Shown here piece by piece: positions 25,723-39,702 of a stretch of 64,000 bases of DNA. The stretch is from Vitrella brassicaformis CCMP3155 (Eukaryota; Protista; Chromerida). The position numbers were made by a program, and so were the translations under genes. Location: assembly GCA_001179505.1 (NCBI GenBank), contig CDMY01000310.1, forward strand, positions 62,989-126,988, written 5' to 3'. Within the stretch, counting starts at the first letter, position 1. Each line of letters starts with the position of its first letter. A model generated the notes under the pieces. It made no database searches. It was not told the origin of the DNA and worked only from the letters and a program-made list of their open reading frames with translations.

Positions 25723-27207
25723 TCAATCGGCTTCGACGGCAACCCCACTCGCCTGGAAGCTGGAAAACCCGGCGGCACACTTGGGCTCTTCCGGACCGAT
25801 GCACTGCTCCTTCTTCCTCTCTTCCACCGACATGGCAGAGACCTGCGCCCAATAGTGCTTGGCCAGTATCTCGGCAATTCCGGGCTGCTGCTGCCACTTG
25901 CCGACGGTGAACTCGCCCTCTGCGCACCGCACATCAGTGAGACGGCCGGCTATCAGCTGGCTGTGGAGGTATCGGAGGGTTTGCATGAGCTGCCCGTCCT
26001 GTGGGAGGGAGGGAGAGAGCGAGACATACACTTGTGGAGTGGGGTGGGGCTTCATTTATATTGGCAATGTTTGCTGCGCACGTACCGACTCGAATGGGTC
26101 GTTGGTGTCGTAGCGGCCAATGAATGGCGGCACGGGCAGGAAGTTCTGTGGCTGGCAGAGCCCTTGTTGCACCCTGCACCGCACACACACGCACACGTCT
26201 CTCGCTCTGTGTGTGTGTAAGGCAGGCGCGTACATGTCATCGATGAGGACAGTGTGTGAGACGTCTCCCTTGGTGGGCAGCCCACTCCAGCCGAGGTCCT
26301 TCAAGCCTGCGGCGGTCTCTCGCATGTCGCTGTAGTAAAAACTGCGTGCCGACACACACACACACACACAGAGAGGGAGGGAGGGAAAAGAAGACATGTC
26401 TTTATGACGAAACAAGCAGATGCGTATGCAGACCGGGCGAAGAAGAGCTCTCTAGGGGTGAAGCCTGCGTCCGTCTCGAGCCGGTCAATGATCGGGTCTA
26501 CCCAGTCGGCCACGCCTGCCGACCACACCAGCATCCGCACCCCAATGCCCTTCAGCTGTTTCAAAAACGATATGATATGCGGGCGGACGAGCACCTGCAC
26601 ACACACACACACATACACGCACAGAGAGAGAGAGGGATGCAACTCTTGGTGCACATGATGGATTCTGAAAGGGGTGACCGTTCTGTGTGTTGTGTCTGGA
26701 GTCCATGGGTGTTGGAAGTAGGTGACCCCTCTGTCGATGGGCCCGCTCTTCATGCCGTGAATCATGGTCTCGTCCACTGTGTTGACACACAGACAGGCAC
26801 ACCTCTCTCTCGCTATCTCTCTCTCTCTCTCTGTGTGTGTGTGCGTGTGTGCGTGTGTGCGTGCGTGTTCCTGCAGCCTGGCAGTGTTTGTTTGTCTGTT
26901 TGTCTGTCTGTCTGTCTGTGGTGTCTGTGCTGTGTCTCGCCTACTGTCCCAGACGATGGTCAGCCCCCCTGCACACAGGCACAACAGACAATGCCGGCCA
27001 GCCACGTACAACGCCTAGCCTGCCTGCTGGCAGTGCGTGCGTACCATGATGGTTGGATGCGGTGGCCGCCGCCGTCTGTGTGTCCAGGTCGGCCTCTGTC
27101 GCCTCGCTGTTTATGTCATGATGATGCTTCAGGTGCCACCTTGGCCGACCGCTGGACAACAGGGATAGCTGGGCAGACACACAGGCAATCGCCAGAAGAA
27201 TACGCAT
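25723..27207 (-). CDS. Signal-peptide FCP/SCP (NIF, HAD DxDxT) phosphatase-like protein, paralogue A
   Basis: MRILLAIACVSAQLSLLSSG; LTIVWD/MDETMIH across an intron; VLVRPHIISFLKQL..RMLVWSAG..WVDPIIDRL; KDL..DVSHTVLIDD; QNFLPVPPFIG. Confidence 0.8.
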
Positions 27208-27320
27208 GGCTGGAGGGCCACACTTTCTCCCAAATGGTTGGGGGCCGCATGCATTCGCATGCAGGGGCCCCCGACTTGGAGTGAGACGCGGCGTCTCAAC
27301 ACGACCTGAAACGGGCCAAA

Positions 27321-28745
27321 ATGCAGCCCCTAATTATCCATTCGGTCGTCCTTTTCTCCCTCTGCTTGTCGACAAGTGCTCGGCCGGCAGTGCATCGCGT
27401 TCCCTCACGTCATGATGCCCGTGCTGCCGAGGAGATCGGCGTGGATGTGGAATCGGAGGACCTGGCGGCCAATGCAACGACCCAAAGCGGTCTGGTTGTA
27501 TACTTTGACATGGACGAGACTTTGGTCTACCTCGGTAGGTAACCGCACCCATTCGGCAGGTGGTGATGCATGTGTGCGTGTGTGTGTCATGCCTTGTGTG
27601 TGTGGGTAGAGAGGAAGAGGGAGGGCATCGTTGACGAACGCCTGCACACTTTTGACCACATATATAGTAGTCGCAGTCTCGTAGACGAGGAGGATATCAC
27701 CGGCCCCGCGGCCCGGGTAGGTCAGACAACAGTTATCATAACACGCAGACAGGAACACCTCATTGTTGCAGGTCGGCGTGCGCAAGGATGTGATACCCTT
27801 CTTGATGCGTCTCAAGCACATGGGCGTCCGAATGATGATCTGGACGGCAGGTACTTTTCATTTGTGTGGATCTGATCCGTCTCCTTGTGGCCGTGTTTCT
27901 CACCTTTGCAGGAACGATGGATGTGAGCGGAGCCTTCAATCTGCATCGATCATGACACATGCATGTCAGACTCTCCCTGTCTCGTGTCTCAGTATGCGGA
28001 CTACATCCTTGACGCACTAGAGTGGATGGCTGGTGGTCACACAGTCTGGTGAAAAGCACTTCGAGCACCGGTGACCAAACCCGCCCATCAGCGGCGAAGG
28101 CATTCCGGTGTGTGCGTGTGTTGACAGTTACTACCGTGACACAGTGGCGACCATGCCAAGCAAGACCAAGGACCTCGTCGTTGCCACAGGGGGAGACATC
28201 TCGCATGCTGTCTTGGTCGACAACAAGTACAGTACACAGACAGAGACACAGACAGACATTCATGTGTATGGCGCGTGGATCTCGATTCCCGATCCGCCGT
28301 GCTGTGCAGCAAGCAATCCGGCCTGTGTCATCAAGAGAACTTCATTTGGGTGCCAGATTTCGTCGGACAAGTGGATGACCTCTTCAACATTGAGGTAAAC
28401 ATAGGGGGCGGACGCATGGCGCACGCATCCATGGTGTGATGGCTTGACTTCTTTTGTCTGCCCACGTGCGGTGCGCAGACCGGCCCCCTTTTCAAACACC
28501 TCATCTTCGAACTCCACAACCGCCTGCTGAACAGTGAGCACACACGAAAACACGCCAGCCGTCCGTCTGTCTGTTTGTGTTTGTGTCTCATCGGTGCAGA
28601 CCAGCCCCCCGACGTTCGTTGTCCTGGAGCCAAAAAGTTCATTCAGTTGTGGCAGAGGCACGCCCACTACCACCCGCGTCCGCCCCCAGCTACCTGCCTT
28701 CGAGCCGCCGACCCGCAGTGCGGTGAAGAACCAATGGCATCCTGA
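27321..28745 (+). CDS. Signal-peptide FCP/SCP (NIF) phosphatase-like protein, paralogue B
   Basis: MQPLIIHSVVLFSLCLSTSA; LVVYFDMDETLVY; VGVRKDVIPFLMRL..RMMIWTA; YADYILDAL; TKDLVVATGGDISHAVLVDN; ENFIWVPDFVG; DVRC shared with paralogue A. Confidence 0.8.
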
Positions 28746-29033
28746 CCGAGAGACAAGCGCACCCGACTCAAAGCCAGTTTGTTGACGAGAAGAGGAGGCC
28801 ATTGCACGACGAGAGAGGTCGTGCAAAGAAGGCGGTTCCTTTTCTTTTGCCATGGCCGAGACCGATCAGTCAGTCATCCGTACGTTGATTGATTCGAGGG
28901 AGAGACATCAAACTGTGGAATGAGGGAAAAACAGAAAGAGAAACAAACCGACATTACACATCCACTTCATGAGCACGAGAGATCCTCAATGCATCCACTC
29001 CATTCCACACAGAGAGAAAATCGTGCAACACGA

Positions 29034-31712
29034 TTAATCGACCCGCTGCATGGGCTGGCCAGTGACCAGAAGTGACCCCGTCTTGCCCCTCCTCGGCGAC
29101 ATGATGGACGTCCTTTGCCGTGGCGATGATCCATTGATATTATGATGTGCCAGTGGCAGTGGTGGTGGGGCTGCTGATGGTGGCAGCGTGCGGAAAGCGG
29201 TCATGCTCATGCGCCTGGCGGCTGTCGCTGCTGCCGGCACCATGGTGTGTTGCCTTCTGGGTGAGGTGGGAGGATGCAGGTGGTGGGGCTTGGTGGAGGG
29301 CCGGGAGACGGGACCACTCAGGGGGGGCGAGCTGAAAGAGGGAGAACTCCGGACGGCAGCGTCATATTCCCAATGAGATGTCTGCAGAGAGACAGAGAGA
29401 CACGGAGAGAGGGAAAGAGATGGATGGATGGATGGATGCTGATCCGGTGATGGGTACCGATGAGGATGCTTCGGCGGATTTCTCTCTGCGCTCTTTGGTC
29501 GCTTCTTCGTACCTGACGAGCGGCATGTCCAGCTGCTGACACGAATCCAGCACCCGACGCACCTCAAACTCCCTCGGCCACCTCTGCTCAGGACAACACA
29601 TGCACACACACCGCCCCGCCTATCCCTAAACCCATACCACACACCCATCCCATCCCGACTCACTCACCTCTTTCTCCGATGCCTTGCTGCTGCTTGGTGT
29701 GGACGGCTCCGGCTCATACCTCAGCTGCGACGGCAGCACGAAAAGCGTTTCATCGGCTGCCTGCTGCCCTTCTCGCCTGCGGTGCGTGTGTTGGGGATGG
29801 AAAGGGCTGGGCTGGTGCACGGCCGAGCGTCGCGAGGAGGCTGACGACTGCGCGCCGTCTTCGTGTGTGCCGCCGAGGTCTGTTGAGGGTTGTTGCTGTC
29901 TGGTGGACATCAGATGGGCGTGCAGCAGCACAACCAAGGCCTCACGGTTGATCTGCATAAGTAGGGGAAGAGGGAGGAGACAGGGAGGGATATGAGTGTG
30001 TTGTGTTGTGGTGCGAGGTGGGTGGGATGGGTTAGGTACGTCGAATGCCCAGCAGAGAGCGCCGAGAAATCTGTGCACATGGGGGTCAGCACAGTCGCCC
30101 AACTCAAGGAAACGAAGACACTGAACACACACACGAGACTCAGTACGAGACTCAGTCAGTGGTCTGTCTGTCTGTCTACCAGACATGTTTGGTGCGAAGG
30201 TAGGTTAGGTGTGTGCTCACTTCACTCACTTACTCTGCCCATGAAGAGGATGTCGACGTGCAGCCCCGCGGCCAGCTCGTAACGACACGCCTGGCTCAGA
30301 AACAACTCCCCTACACACACAGTCAACCATGGAGGGAGGGAAGGAGATGTGTCTGTCTGTGTGTGAGTGCGATGGTGTACCTGCCTACCTCTGGTTGGGT
30401 TCCTTTCTGTGTCAGCAAGCTTGTGCAGCACCTTGTCAAACCTACACGCCGTAGGTGCACACGGACCACGAATCAACACACATCACATAGACACAGTCCC
30501 CTTTGCATTGGGTACCGAAAGGCCTGGCAGGCGGGCCTACCGACCTGACCCGACTTACCTTCGTTTTTGCCGCTTGAGGAGGAAGAGCGCCCTTTGTCGC
30601 TGACGCACCTCTGTCCCCCGCAACACAGCCTGCAGTGCAGCCAGCCACAGTAAGTAGTAAGGTGAAAGGGAGACAGGAGGGAGGGAGGGAGGGAGGGATG
30701 CTCGATGGGATGGCCGTCGCCCGCCGATTTTGCCTGTGTGACTCACTGGCCGACCATGTCTTCCTCAAATGTGGTCAGATGGCGCGGCAACAAAGCCTCT
30801 GTGCGGCGCCTTCGTGTGGATGAACATATAACGACGTTCGGATTTGTTTTCGTTGTCTGTCTGCCATGCTATGCTGCCTGCCCTCCCTACCTGAGTAGCT
30901 GGGGTCTCTCTTTCCTCTTCTGCTCGATGGCCAGCCGCAGCTGCCGCGACAGGCGGCCCTTGCATCGCTTGAAGAGCACTGCCCGCCGGTACATGACCAG
31001 CTGCCCATGCCGACGGACTTTCTTGACACTCTCTAGAGGCGATGGCGACGGTGTGTGCAGTGCCACGGGTGGCACATTCGGTGGCACACCACTGGCATCA
31101 ATCCGGCGCGCAGCGTCACTCGGTGCAGGAGAGGCGCGCGGAGCCACTGACATCACACGCATACATCCATTCATCGGATGGGGACAAGAGAGGGAGGGGA
31201 GGGGAGGGGAGGGGAGGGGCGGGGAGAAAGGGTTGGTTGGGTTCCCTACCTTTGCCTATGTCTTTTCGTGCGGCTTTATCCAACTGCTCTTTGAGCTGGT
31301 CGGCGGCCATGGCGTTGCGCCGCTCGCGAGGCGACCGCTCCTTTGCCTCAGAGGACAGCATTGACCGTCTACAGTAAGTGCGTTCGTTGCGGAGATGCAT
31401 GGCATGTGTGGCACACACAGTGCGGGAGACATGAGGCACTTTACTTTGTGGCTTTGGTGTGTCTGTCGATCTTTGGTGGGTACGTTACGTTACGTTTGTT
31501 TGGTGGAAGTGTCGCCAAAGGCATTGTTGAGCTGGACGGCCAACGATGGGGACACTTCACGCGCGGCCTGGTCGCATCGCATCCATGCCATGGACGCAGA
31601 AGGGATACATACAGTTGTTGGTGTATGTATGTAAGTGCGTCTAAGTCGTTCGCATACTGACCTCGGCCTCTTTGTGCCGCTTGAGTGCGATCTTCCGGCG
31701 TCGCTTGGTCTT

Positions 31713-31743
<31 letters not shown>

Positions 31744-33738
31744 AGACACGTATGGGAGATGACAGGGGGCAGTGGGGCTGTATCTTACTTACATCGAGCG
31801 ACTTGAGGAGCTTCTCGGTCTTGCCGCTCAGCTGCACGACACAGAAGTGGATGTGCGGATGGCCTCTTTGCTCACATCACATATGTGTGTGTGTGTACTG
31901 TGGGTATGGGTGGGAAGGGCGGGATCTCCTTGCGGGTCTGCTGGAAGGCGGAACGGGCCGAACACACATCCCTGCACTCACGAATCATACCGATCACACA
32001 CTTGTTAAGGAAGACACAATTGCAAGGAAGGCTGCGGATGAGTAGTGCGCCCATGCATGGCGCAGAAGGCACCAACCATATTTGCTGCAGCATTTCCTCG
32101 TTGACCACCTCGTCACCCCCTCTGCTCCTGATGGACCGTCTTAAGCCGCTATCCACCTGCTGAGACAACGACGCACGACGGCTGCTCGGCCCTGCTGCAC
32201 GCTGCTGCCTTTCTCTGTCCCGTGGCCGCAATGTGTGCCTGAGGAGGTCTGCAGGCGGCTGTTGTCTCTCTCTTTCATCGACGTCTGGCCGTCGGTCGTC
32301 TGCATCTTCATGGTTGTCTCTGTAAGAAGACGCTGCCTCATCGCCGCTTGTGGTTGTCTCTATCTCTGAGCCGCTCTGCTCGACAGACTCCTCTCTGTGC
32401 ATCGCCGACTGGTCGGGCGGCAGGTGCGTCTCGATTTCTGGCCACTGGTTGATCGTCATCTGAGCGCGCAGCTCGCGAGCAGACGGCCGAGGGGCGGAAA
32501 CAGCAGGAGTAGCAAAGACGTGATGGTCACACAGGGGGTGGGAGAGCCGCAGCCGCGATGGTCTCCCGCCGCTTGTGATCTTCATCGGCCTCTTTCGGCT
32601 GGCGGCCATCTGCAGCCTCTCTGCTTCTTTCTTCTTCTCAAAGGCCGCATTGGGGTTGGAGTACCGCCAGAAGGGAGGTGCAACGGGATGCTCTTCGTCG
32701 CCCTTTGTCTGTGTCTCTCCTCGTGTGGTGTCTCTCGCTCTCTCTTCTCTCCGCTGCACCGACGAATGCCGGTGCTGTTGCTGCTGCTGCTGCTGTTGTC
32801 GGAAATGGCAGATGGAGTAGGTGTTGCGGGGGCTGCTTGTGGCTGTCGTCTGGGCGCCAGGCGATGGCATCTGAACCTTGTCGTAATCGTCGTGGAGGAG
32901 GCTGGATGGCGGATGGTGGGCTGATGCGTTTGGAGAGAAGAGGAAGGCACTGGTGATGCCTCGAGCAAACTGTGCTGCCCCTCTCCTCCCAAACAGCAGC
33001 TTCATCTGCGACTGGGCTGCCTGGGGAAGGGAATCAAGACCTGGTCGAGTCGGGCACACATAACATACACGACACGCGAACGTATCGCATCGATGGTGCG
33101 CGGTGCGGGAGACGCCGCCACGTCGGTATGATGCCTCCCTACCTACCTCCCCTAGCAGCCTTGAGGCGTCTCATGCTCTCCCTGATCTCAACCATCATGC
33201 TCCTGTACCCCTCCACCAGCAGCTGCCGCTCCACATAGAAACGCGACAGATCCCTCTCCCGACGCCACACCTCATGCGCACCCATCGCCTCACTGCCGCG
33301 GCGCCTTCGCCGCTTCCTTCCCTTCTCCACATCAACGATGTTGTCTCGGTCAATGGGCGCCAGCTTGACCGGGGGAACGTGCGTGTGTGAGGGGACGGCC
33401 CCTGCTGGCGTGCGCGTGGCGGCTGCCTTTGCTTTGATGGCCATCTGCAGCTCATCGAACGGGATGATGACTGAAGGGAGAGAGGGGAGAGAAGGGAGAG
33501 AGAGAACACAACGGATGCCAACCCCAACCTTCTTGTTTGCGTGTTCTCGAGTACCTGGCTGCCTCATCCGCTGCAACGGGTTGAGTGAGGCCGTGGACGG
33601 CCCTCCTGCGTGCAGGCTGCGAAGCGAAGCTGCCTGTCTTCTCCCCGTCATCTTTCTCTCTCGTCTATCTGCGGCCGTCTGTTCCTTGCCTGAGTCAACC
33701 AAGGGCCTTAATTCCACAGCTTGTAACAAAACGTGCAC
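29034..33738 (-). CDS. Multi-exon hypothetical protein(s), R/Q/S-rich; one or two genes
   Basis: Microsatellite-free coding-like stretches (33139-33738, 31872-33059, about 30900-31150, 29626-29950, 29034-29390) bounded by GT/AG. No domain recognised. Confidence 0.4.
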
Positions 33739-33791
33739 CTCTTCTCGACGAAGAGCATCTCTTCATCTCAGCCACACGCGCTTTCCTCGCC

Positions 33792-36700
33792 ATGCGCGCC
33801 AAAACCCGGCCAGCGATCGCAGCACGGCAAGGGACAGGCAATAGCAGTAGCCCTATGAGTGGTCCAGGCGGCGGGAGGGGCCGCAGACGAGGCCAGAATG
33901 CACCACAGCCAACTCCCAACATCGTTCATGAGGCTGACAGACTCCTCAATGGCGAGTACGTCCCAGGGAGCCTCCGGCGGTCCCATCGCATCGCGCGACA
34001 AGCCAACGTGCGGCGGGCCACCCTCGACAAGACCACCATTCGGCTTAAGAAGCTGTCAGAAGAGAAGCTGAATCTGCTGAAGCAGATGGAGAGGGGAAAA
34101 CCACTTAGCGTGGAGGAGAAAGTGGAGCTTGAGAGGCTGGAAGCGGAGCTGGTAGATCCCAGATGGAGCAACCAAGATGAAACATGGAGTGAGTGAGTGA
34201 GTGAGCCAGAAGGTTGGGCTGATGATACATATGAGTGGGTTGGCGGTCTCTCTCCCTCTTTGTTTTGTGTGTGTGTTTTGTGTGTGCGCTGCTCATTCAG
34301 GGAAGGCCTTCATCGACACGGGAGGCTTCCACGCGATCAAGGTAAGCATCACATCGCATCACCGGCTTCTATCCTGACTGACCATGTGTGTGTGTGTGTG
34401 TGTGAATGTCGCAGAACGAGTATCTGTTTTGCAAGGATCTGTTCCCACGTTGTGCCCTTAAGCTGCTACAACGCCTTTGGTAAGCAACACACACATACGA
34501 TATGTCCGGTGGATGCGATGGGATGCGGTTCGTTCAGGGATCATCTCACCCGGAGGGACGCGCTGCATTGCTTGGACTTGCTCGGCGACGAGGAAGGTGT
34601 GGTGGACTGGGCGCCAGCCCCAGGAGGGTGTGGAGAGATCATCAACGAATGGGTCGTCGAGTGTGAATGCATGCTGGTGAAAGTGGTCAGGCCTGGGGGC
34701 TGGCAGCCTGCCAATGGCGATGGCCTGATGGCGGGACTTGTCAAGCAGGAGCCTATAGAGGGACAGGGGGCTGACGAGGGTGAACAGGTGAGTGAGGTGG
34801 GGGTGGGGGAGAGAGGAGCATCGACACGTAAGGATTATTTATTGGGTTGGGTGGATGTCTGTGTGCGTGTGTGTGTGTGTGAACAGTTGGATGAGGGTGA
34901 GTTTGACGAGGATCGCATCATGGACGGAGAGGAAGACGATGTGGCCATGGTCAGTGAGTGAGTGAGTGAGTGAGTGAGAGAATGAGCGACGACAGGCACA
35001 TAAATGTCTGGCCACACGCGGTGCACATGCTGCTGTTCTCATTTCAGGCTGACGCGGATGCGGATGCGTCGCCCGAGGCGGAAGACAACTTGGATGAGGA
35101 CACCGACCAACAGGTGGGTACAGTCCGTGTGTGGGAGGGGGGATGGATGACGCACATGTCAGTCATGTGGAAGCGTCAACGATACCAATCGCATCGCTGG
35201 TGTGTATCTGTTGGCGGGGCGGCAGGATGGTGCCCTCGTAGCCGACGTCGGCGATGGTGATGGCGATGGTGGGGCTGCTGACGACAGAATTGGCCAATCG
35301 CCACGGTTGAATGCGGTGGGTATCACACACACACGGACAGACAGACAGACACACGGACAGACAGACAACATGGCCCATCCATCCCTCTCCCTCTGTGTGA
35401 GCCCTTCTGTCAGGCTAGTGCTGCCGCTGGTAGTGGTGCTGCTGGTGCTGCTGATGGCGCCGCGCCCGACTCACCGATGGACGTGCCCATCGTTTCCCCC
35501 AAGCAAGAGGCCGACACACCCATGGTACCCTAGACACACACACACACACACGGAGAGAGAGAGAGAGATCCATGCATCCCTCTCTCAGGAGCACCCCGAC
35601 GACCACTCCACCGTGCGCATGGTGGCCACCATTCGCGACGACATCATCACCCACCCCTCCGAGAACGAGCACCTGCCCACTGTCAAGACAGAGACCGAGA
35701 CAGACGCAGACGGCCGCGTCATCAGCACCACCACCACGCCCATTCCCCCCCTGGAAGAGTGCCACAGCATTGCCAAGGCCTTCTACCAGCAGCACATGCA
35801 CAAAGCCTTCAAACAGACTGGCTGGCGTGTGGCCCGGGAGATGCTGAGGTGTCTGCTTAGTGAGGACGACTTTGCCTATCACGCGTGGCGATGGGCGAGG
35901 TGGTGCCTGAAGGCGGGGCCTGGCACAGGAAAGCCCCCCGATTTCTGCCAGCTGGGGGTCTTTCGAAAGGTACGTGGGCTGACGTTTTGACGGCTGACGG
36001 ACACGCGCCCCCATGTGTGTCGTGTGGTGTGTTGTTCAGGTGGTGGTTCGATTTGAGAATGGCGAGACGCAGGTGTGGCAGCTCGATGGGGCCGAGATGG
36101 TGTACTCGCATAGCAAAAAGGGCGTGGCCGAGCTCATCGACGTCACCACACAACAGGACCAGGTGGACTTGCCAGCGGCGCACATCAAGCAGGAGCAAGA
36201 GGCCGGCATCGAGGAAGAGGGAGAGGGAGATAAAGATGACCGAGACCACGGCGAGGAGGGCGGTGGTGAGACTGGCAACGACATGGACGAGGAGGCATCA
36301 CCACAGGTCAGGTTTTTAGCCGAGAAGAGGTTCATCTGGCATCATCATGCATATCCTCATGTGTGTTGTCTGATGGGTTCATGGCATGCAGGCTGGTGTG
36401 CACGGCGACCCGGTTGCCGACAACACGCCCCCTCCCCCAGACAACATCCCGCCTGCCGACCTAGGCAAGCACACCATCCACCATCCACACACACACACAC
36501 AGACACTCTCTGTGTTCGTTAAGGTGCCCCAACCTCCCCCTCCCCTGCCGCCCCCCCTGCTGCTCTTCGTCGCCACGTGCGGATCAGACCCATCACCATG
36601 GACGAGTGGCGGGATAAGCACGAGCCCGACATTCGCCAGACATTCGAAGAATTCTGCAGAGGAAAGGGTGAGTGGCCACACAGAGAGAGAACCCACAGAT

Positions 36701-39700
36701 GGATGGATGGATGTGTGTGGTGTGGATGGATGCAGCCTCCTCCTCGAGCAACGCGCTTGGCGCCTACGCAGTGATGCGCTTCACCGACAAGGACATCTGG
36801 CACATTGAGCCGCAGCCCATCCCCGGCCAGCTGACAGGCAAGGACCTGGTCCATCCACACGTCATCAGAGTCACCTTTGCCCACAACGAGACCAAGACCC
36901 TCACCGATTGGATGCGCAAAAGATCGGACGAGAAGACGTTCGAGCGGCACTTTCGCCTCGTTTTCGACCGCTGGTTCCATCGGCACAAGGCGGCCATTAT
37001 GCATGGGCTGGGTGTGAATCTGCTGCCCCGTATGCCACGTGACCGGGAGATGGTGGCTCGTGCTCGTGCTGCTGCTGCTACCGCTGCCGGTGGTCATGCT
37101 GATACACCCGCCCCTGGTGCGGTGCGCACCGCACGTCTCTCATACTGGCCTCTGTGTACGTACACTGATCTGATGGATGGACATCGATCATCGGTCTGTT
37201 TTCAGGTGCTGCCGAGGTGGCCGCGCGCCATGACGACACGGCGGAAGCCGAAGAGCGGCGCCGGAAGCGCAAAGAGAGACGGCGGCTGGAGGTAAGGGCA
37301 AAACAGACACACTCTTTCACACACGCATAAGTTGTGTGTGTGGATGTGGGTGTGTATGGTGCTCAGAGAGCACAGAGGGAGCAGGCAGAGGGTGGTGCTC
37401 CTGCGAACGGCGTGGTGCCTTTGGTGGCCGTCAAGATAGAACCAGGAGTGGAGCAAGCGGCATCGGTATGAGACAATCAGAGAGAGAGACAGGGGGGACA
37501 TACATACACCCGCACGCATGTCCGTGACAACGCGTTGCATCCAGTGATCGCGTTAATTGTGTTGCGTGTGTGTGTGTGTGCAGGCGGCCTTCACGCCTGT
37601 GCCGATCAGGCAGGAGCCCACGGATGAGCACGAATATGAGCCGACGCACCACCCACAGCCGCAAGCACAGCGGCCCTTCGTGCCGATCCCACCACCCATC
37701 CCCATCCCACCACCACAGCCACGTGAGCACATACAGCACCACACACAGCAAGCCAAACCCACTCATACGCATTATAATGGCCGTCTGTCTCATCCGCTCA
37801 GTGGTCGGCGACGGTCTTCCCCCTCATGTGCAACCCACACCCCTGCCAGCAGGAGCAGCATCACCAGCAGCAGCAGCAGCGGACGGCTCGGAGCCATCCC
37901 CGGCCAACAGCAACCGCAACAACGGCACCAAGCGCAAGAAGAACTTTGCGAGTGGCGTGTCGATCAAGAAGACCAAGAAAGCCAAGAAGAAGGCCGCTGC
38001 AGGGGACGGCAGAGGGGAGGGAGAGGGACAGGGACGGGGGGCCGACATTCCCGCCAATGAGGCGGCCGATGCGCCGCCTCTTCCGCCCATCAACAGCAAC
38101 GGCTGGTCCATCCCGCCCCCTCCGCCTCCTCCTCTGGGGCTTCACCACTCCTATGGCCAGCTGCAGCCGCCCCCGCCCCCGTACCCTCCCCCGCCATATG
38201 CGCACAGCACGGCTGACCAATACGGCTATCAGCCGCCACCTCCACCACCCTTGATGCCGATGCCGCCCCACCAGCCCTACCAGCCACCCATGTCGCACAA
38301 CGGTCCCCACATGATGGACGGTGATGGAGAAGAGGATGATGATGATTTCGACAAGCTGTGGGCGGACGGGGCCAAGGGGCAGCCGCATGATGAGATGACT
38401 GACGCGCACATGCAGCACCAGCACCAGCACCAGCATCATCACCACCACCACCAGCAGCAGCAGGAGAGCGGTGCGGCGGCATCGGCCGCTGCCGCTGCTG
38501 GATTGGAGCACAAGGGCGAGGAGGAGTCGATGGTGGCCGAAAAGCAGGACACATGGCAGCAGCAATCGGCAGGTCAGCCCGGCCCTCAGCCCAGCAGCAA
38601 GAGGGAGGAGGAGGGCGAGATCCCCGAGGTCCCCGACCACCCACCCAGTCACACTGGGCCCACCCAAGGCGCCCCCACCACTACCGCAACCGCCAAGGTG
38701 ACCCTCCGCGTCTTGGCCGAGGCCAACAGTGACCCGAGCAGCCGCTCGCCGCCGTTCGACTTGGTGAGGCTCCGGGGGGTTCTCAGCAACATCGAGCGGC
38801 GCTCGAGTGACTTCGGCTACATCAGGAAGACTGGTGACCACACTCCCACTGCAGCGACCCTTATCACCACCCTGTCCGAGTCAACGAGACGCCCAGAGAT
38901 AACGGTGGGTGAGACGGTGGATGGATGGATGGATGGACATGCCTGTGTGTGTGTGTGTGTGTGTGTGCAGGTGAGCATGGAGGGCCCGATCGACAAGGTG
39001 GCAGAAAAGGCCACCAGCCTGCTCAGCACGTTCGAGCGGGGCGTCGATGAGGAAGCCATCCCCCCCGTTGTGCTCGACGCCCAGGCTGCCAAGCAGGAGA
39101 ACAAGCGACGCGGACGGATGAAGGGTGTCCACATCATGTTCGAGACGTCCCGCGAGCAGCTCATGTGCGCCCGGCTGCATCTCGAGCAACAGACGAGCAA
39201 TGAGGTGGGCGGCAAGGGAGGATTTGGCAAGCAGTACAAGGATGAGGTAGGCCGCTCCATCGGCCATTACCAGGAGAATCCATCGGGCGGCTTCTCGTGG
39301 CGGGGCTCGGCAAGCTCCCTCTTCGTCAAGCTGTCCGCCGACTCCCTGGCTGCCTTCAACCCATCCATGGTGATCGGTGACGGCTTCGACGAGACCATGT
39401 GCGTCGTGCGCTTCTACGAAGCCCACGGCGTTCTTTCGGTCCCTCGTGCAGCGACGAGGCCGTGGGAGCACGTGCTGTGTGCCGGCAGCCACATGGACCA
39501 CCGTCGGATCGAGGTGCGTTACGGCTTGTCCAACCCAAAGCCCGCCAACATCAAAGGAGGCACCATGAGTCACACCTGCCCCACCCTGTTTGTGAGGATG
39601 GAGGGACGGGATTTGCTGCCGTTTTTGCTTGAGAGCTACCCTGTCGGGGAGGGGGGCGGTGTGGTGGACGTGGATATTGTCAAAGCCCACAATTGGCCGT

Positions 39701-39702
39701 AG
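33792..39702 (+). CDS. Large multi-exon hypothetical, probably nuclear, protein
   Basis: Chain of coding-like exons, acidic and Pro-rich tracts, basic clusters (KRKKNF, KKTKKAKKK), and a long terminal exon (38971-39702) that looks globular. No family recognised; could be two genes. Confidence 0.5.
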
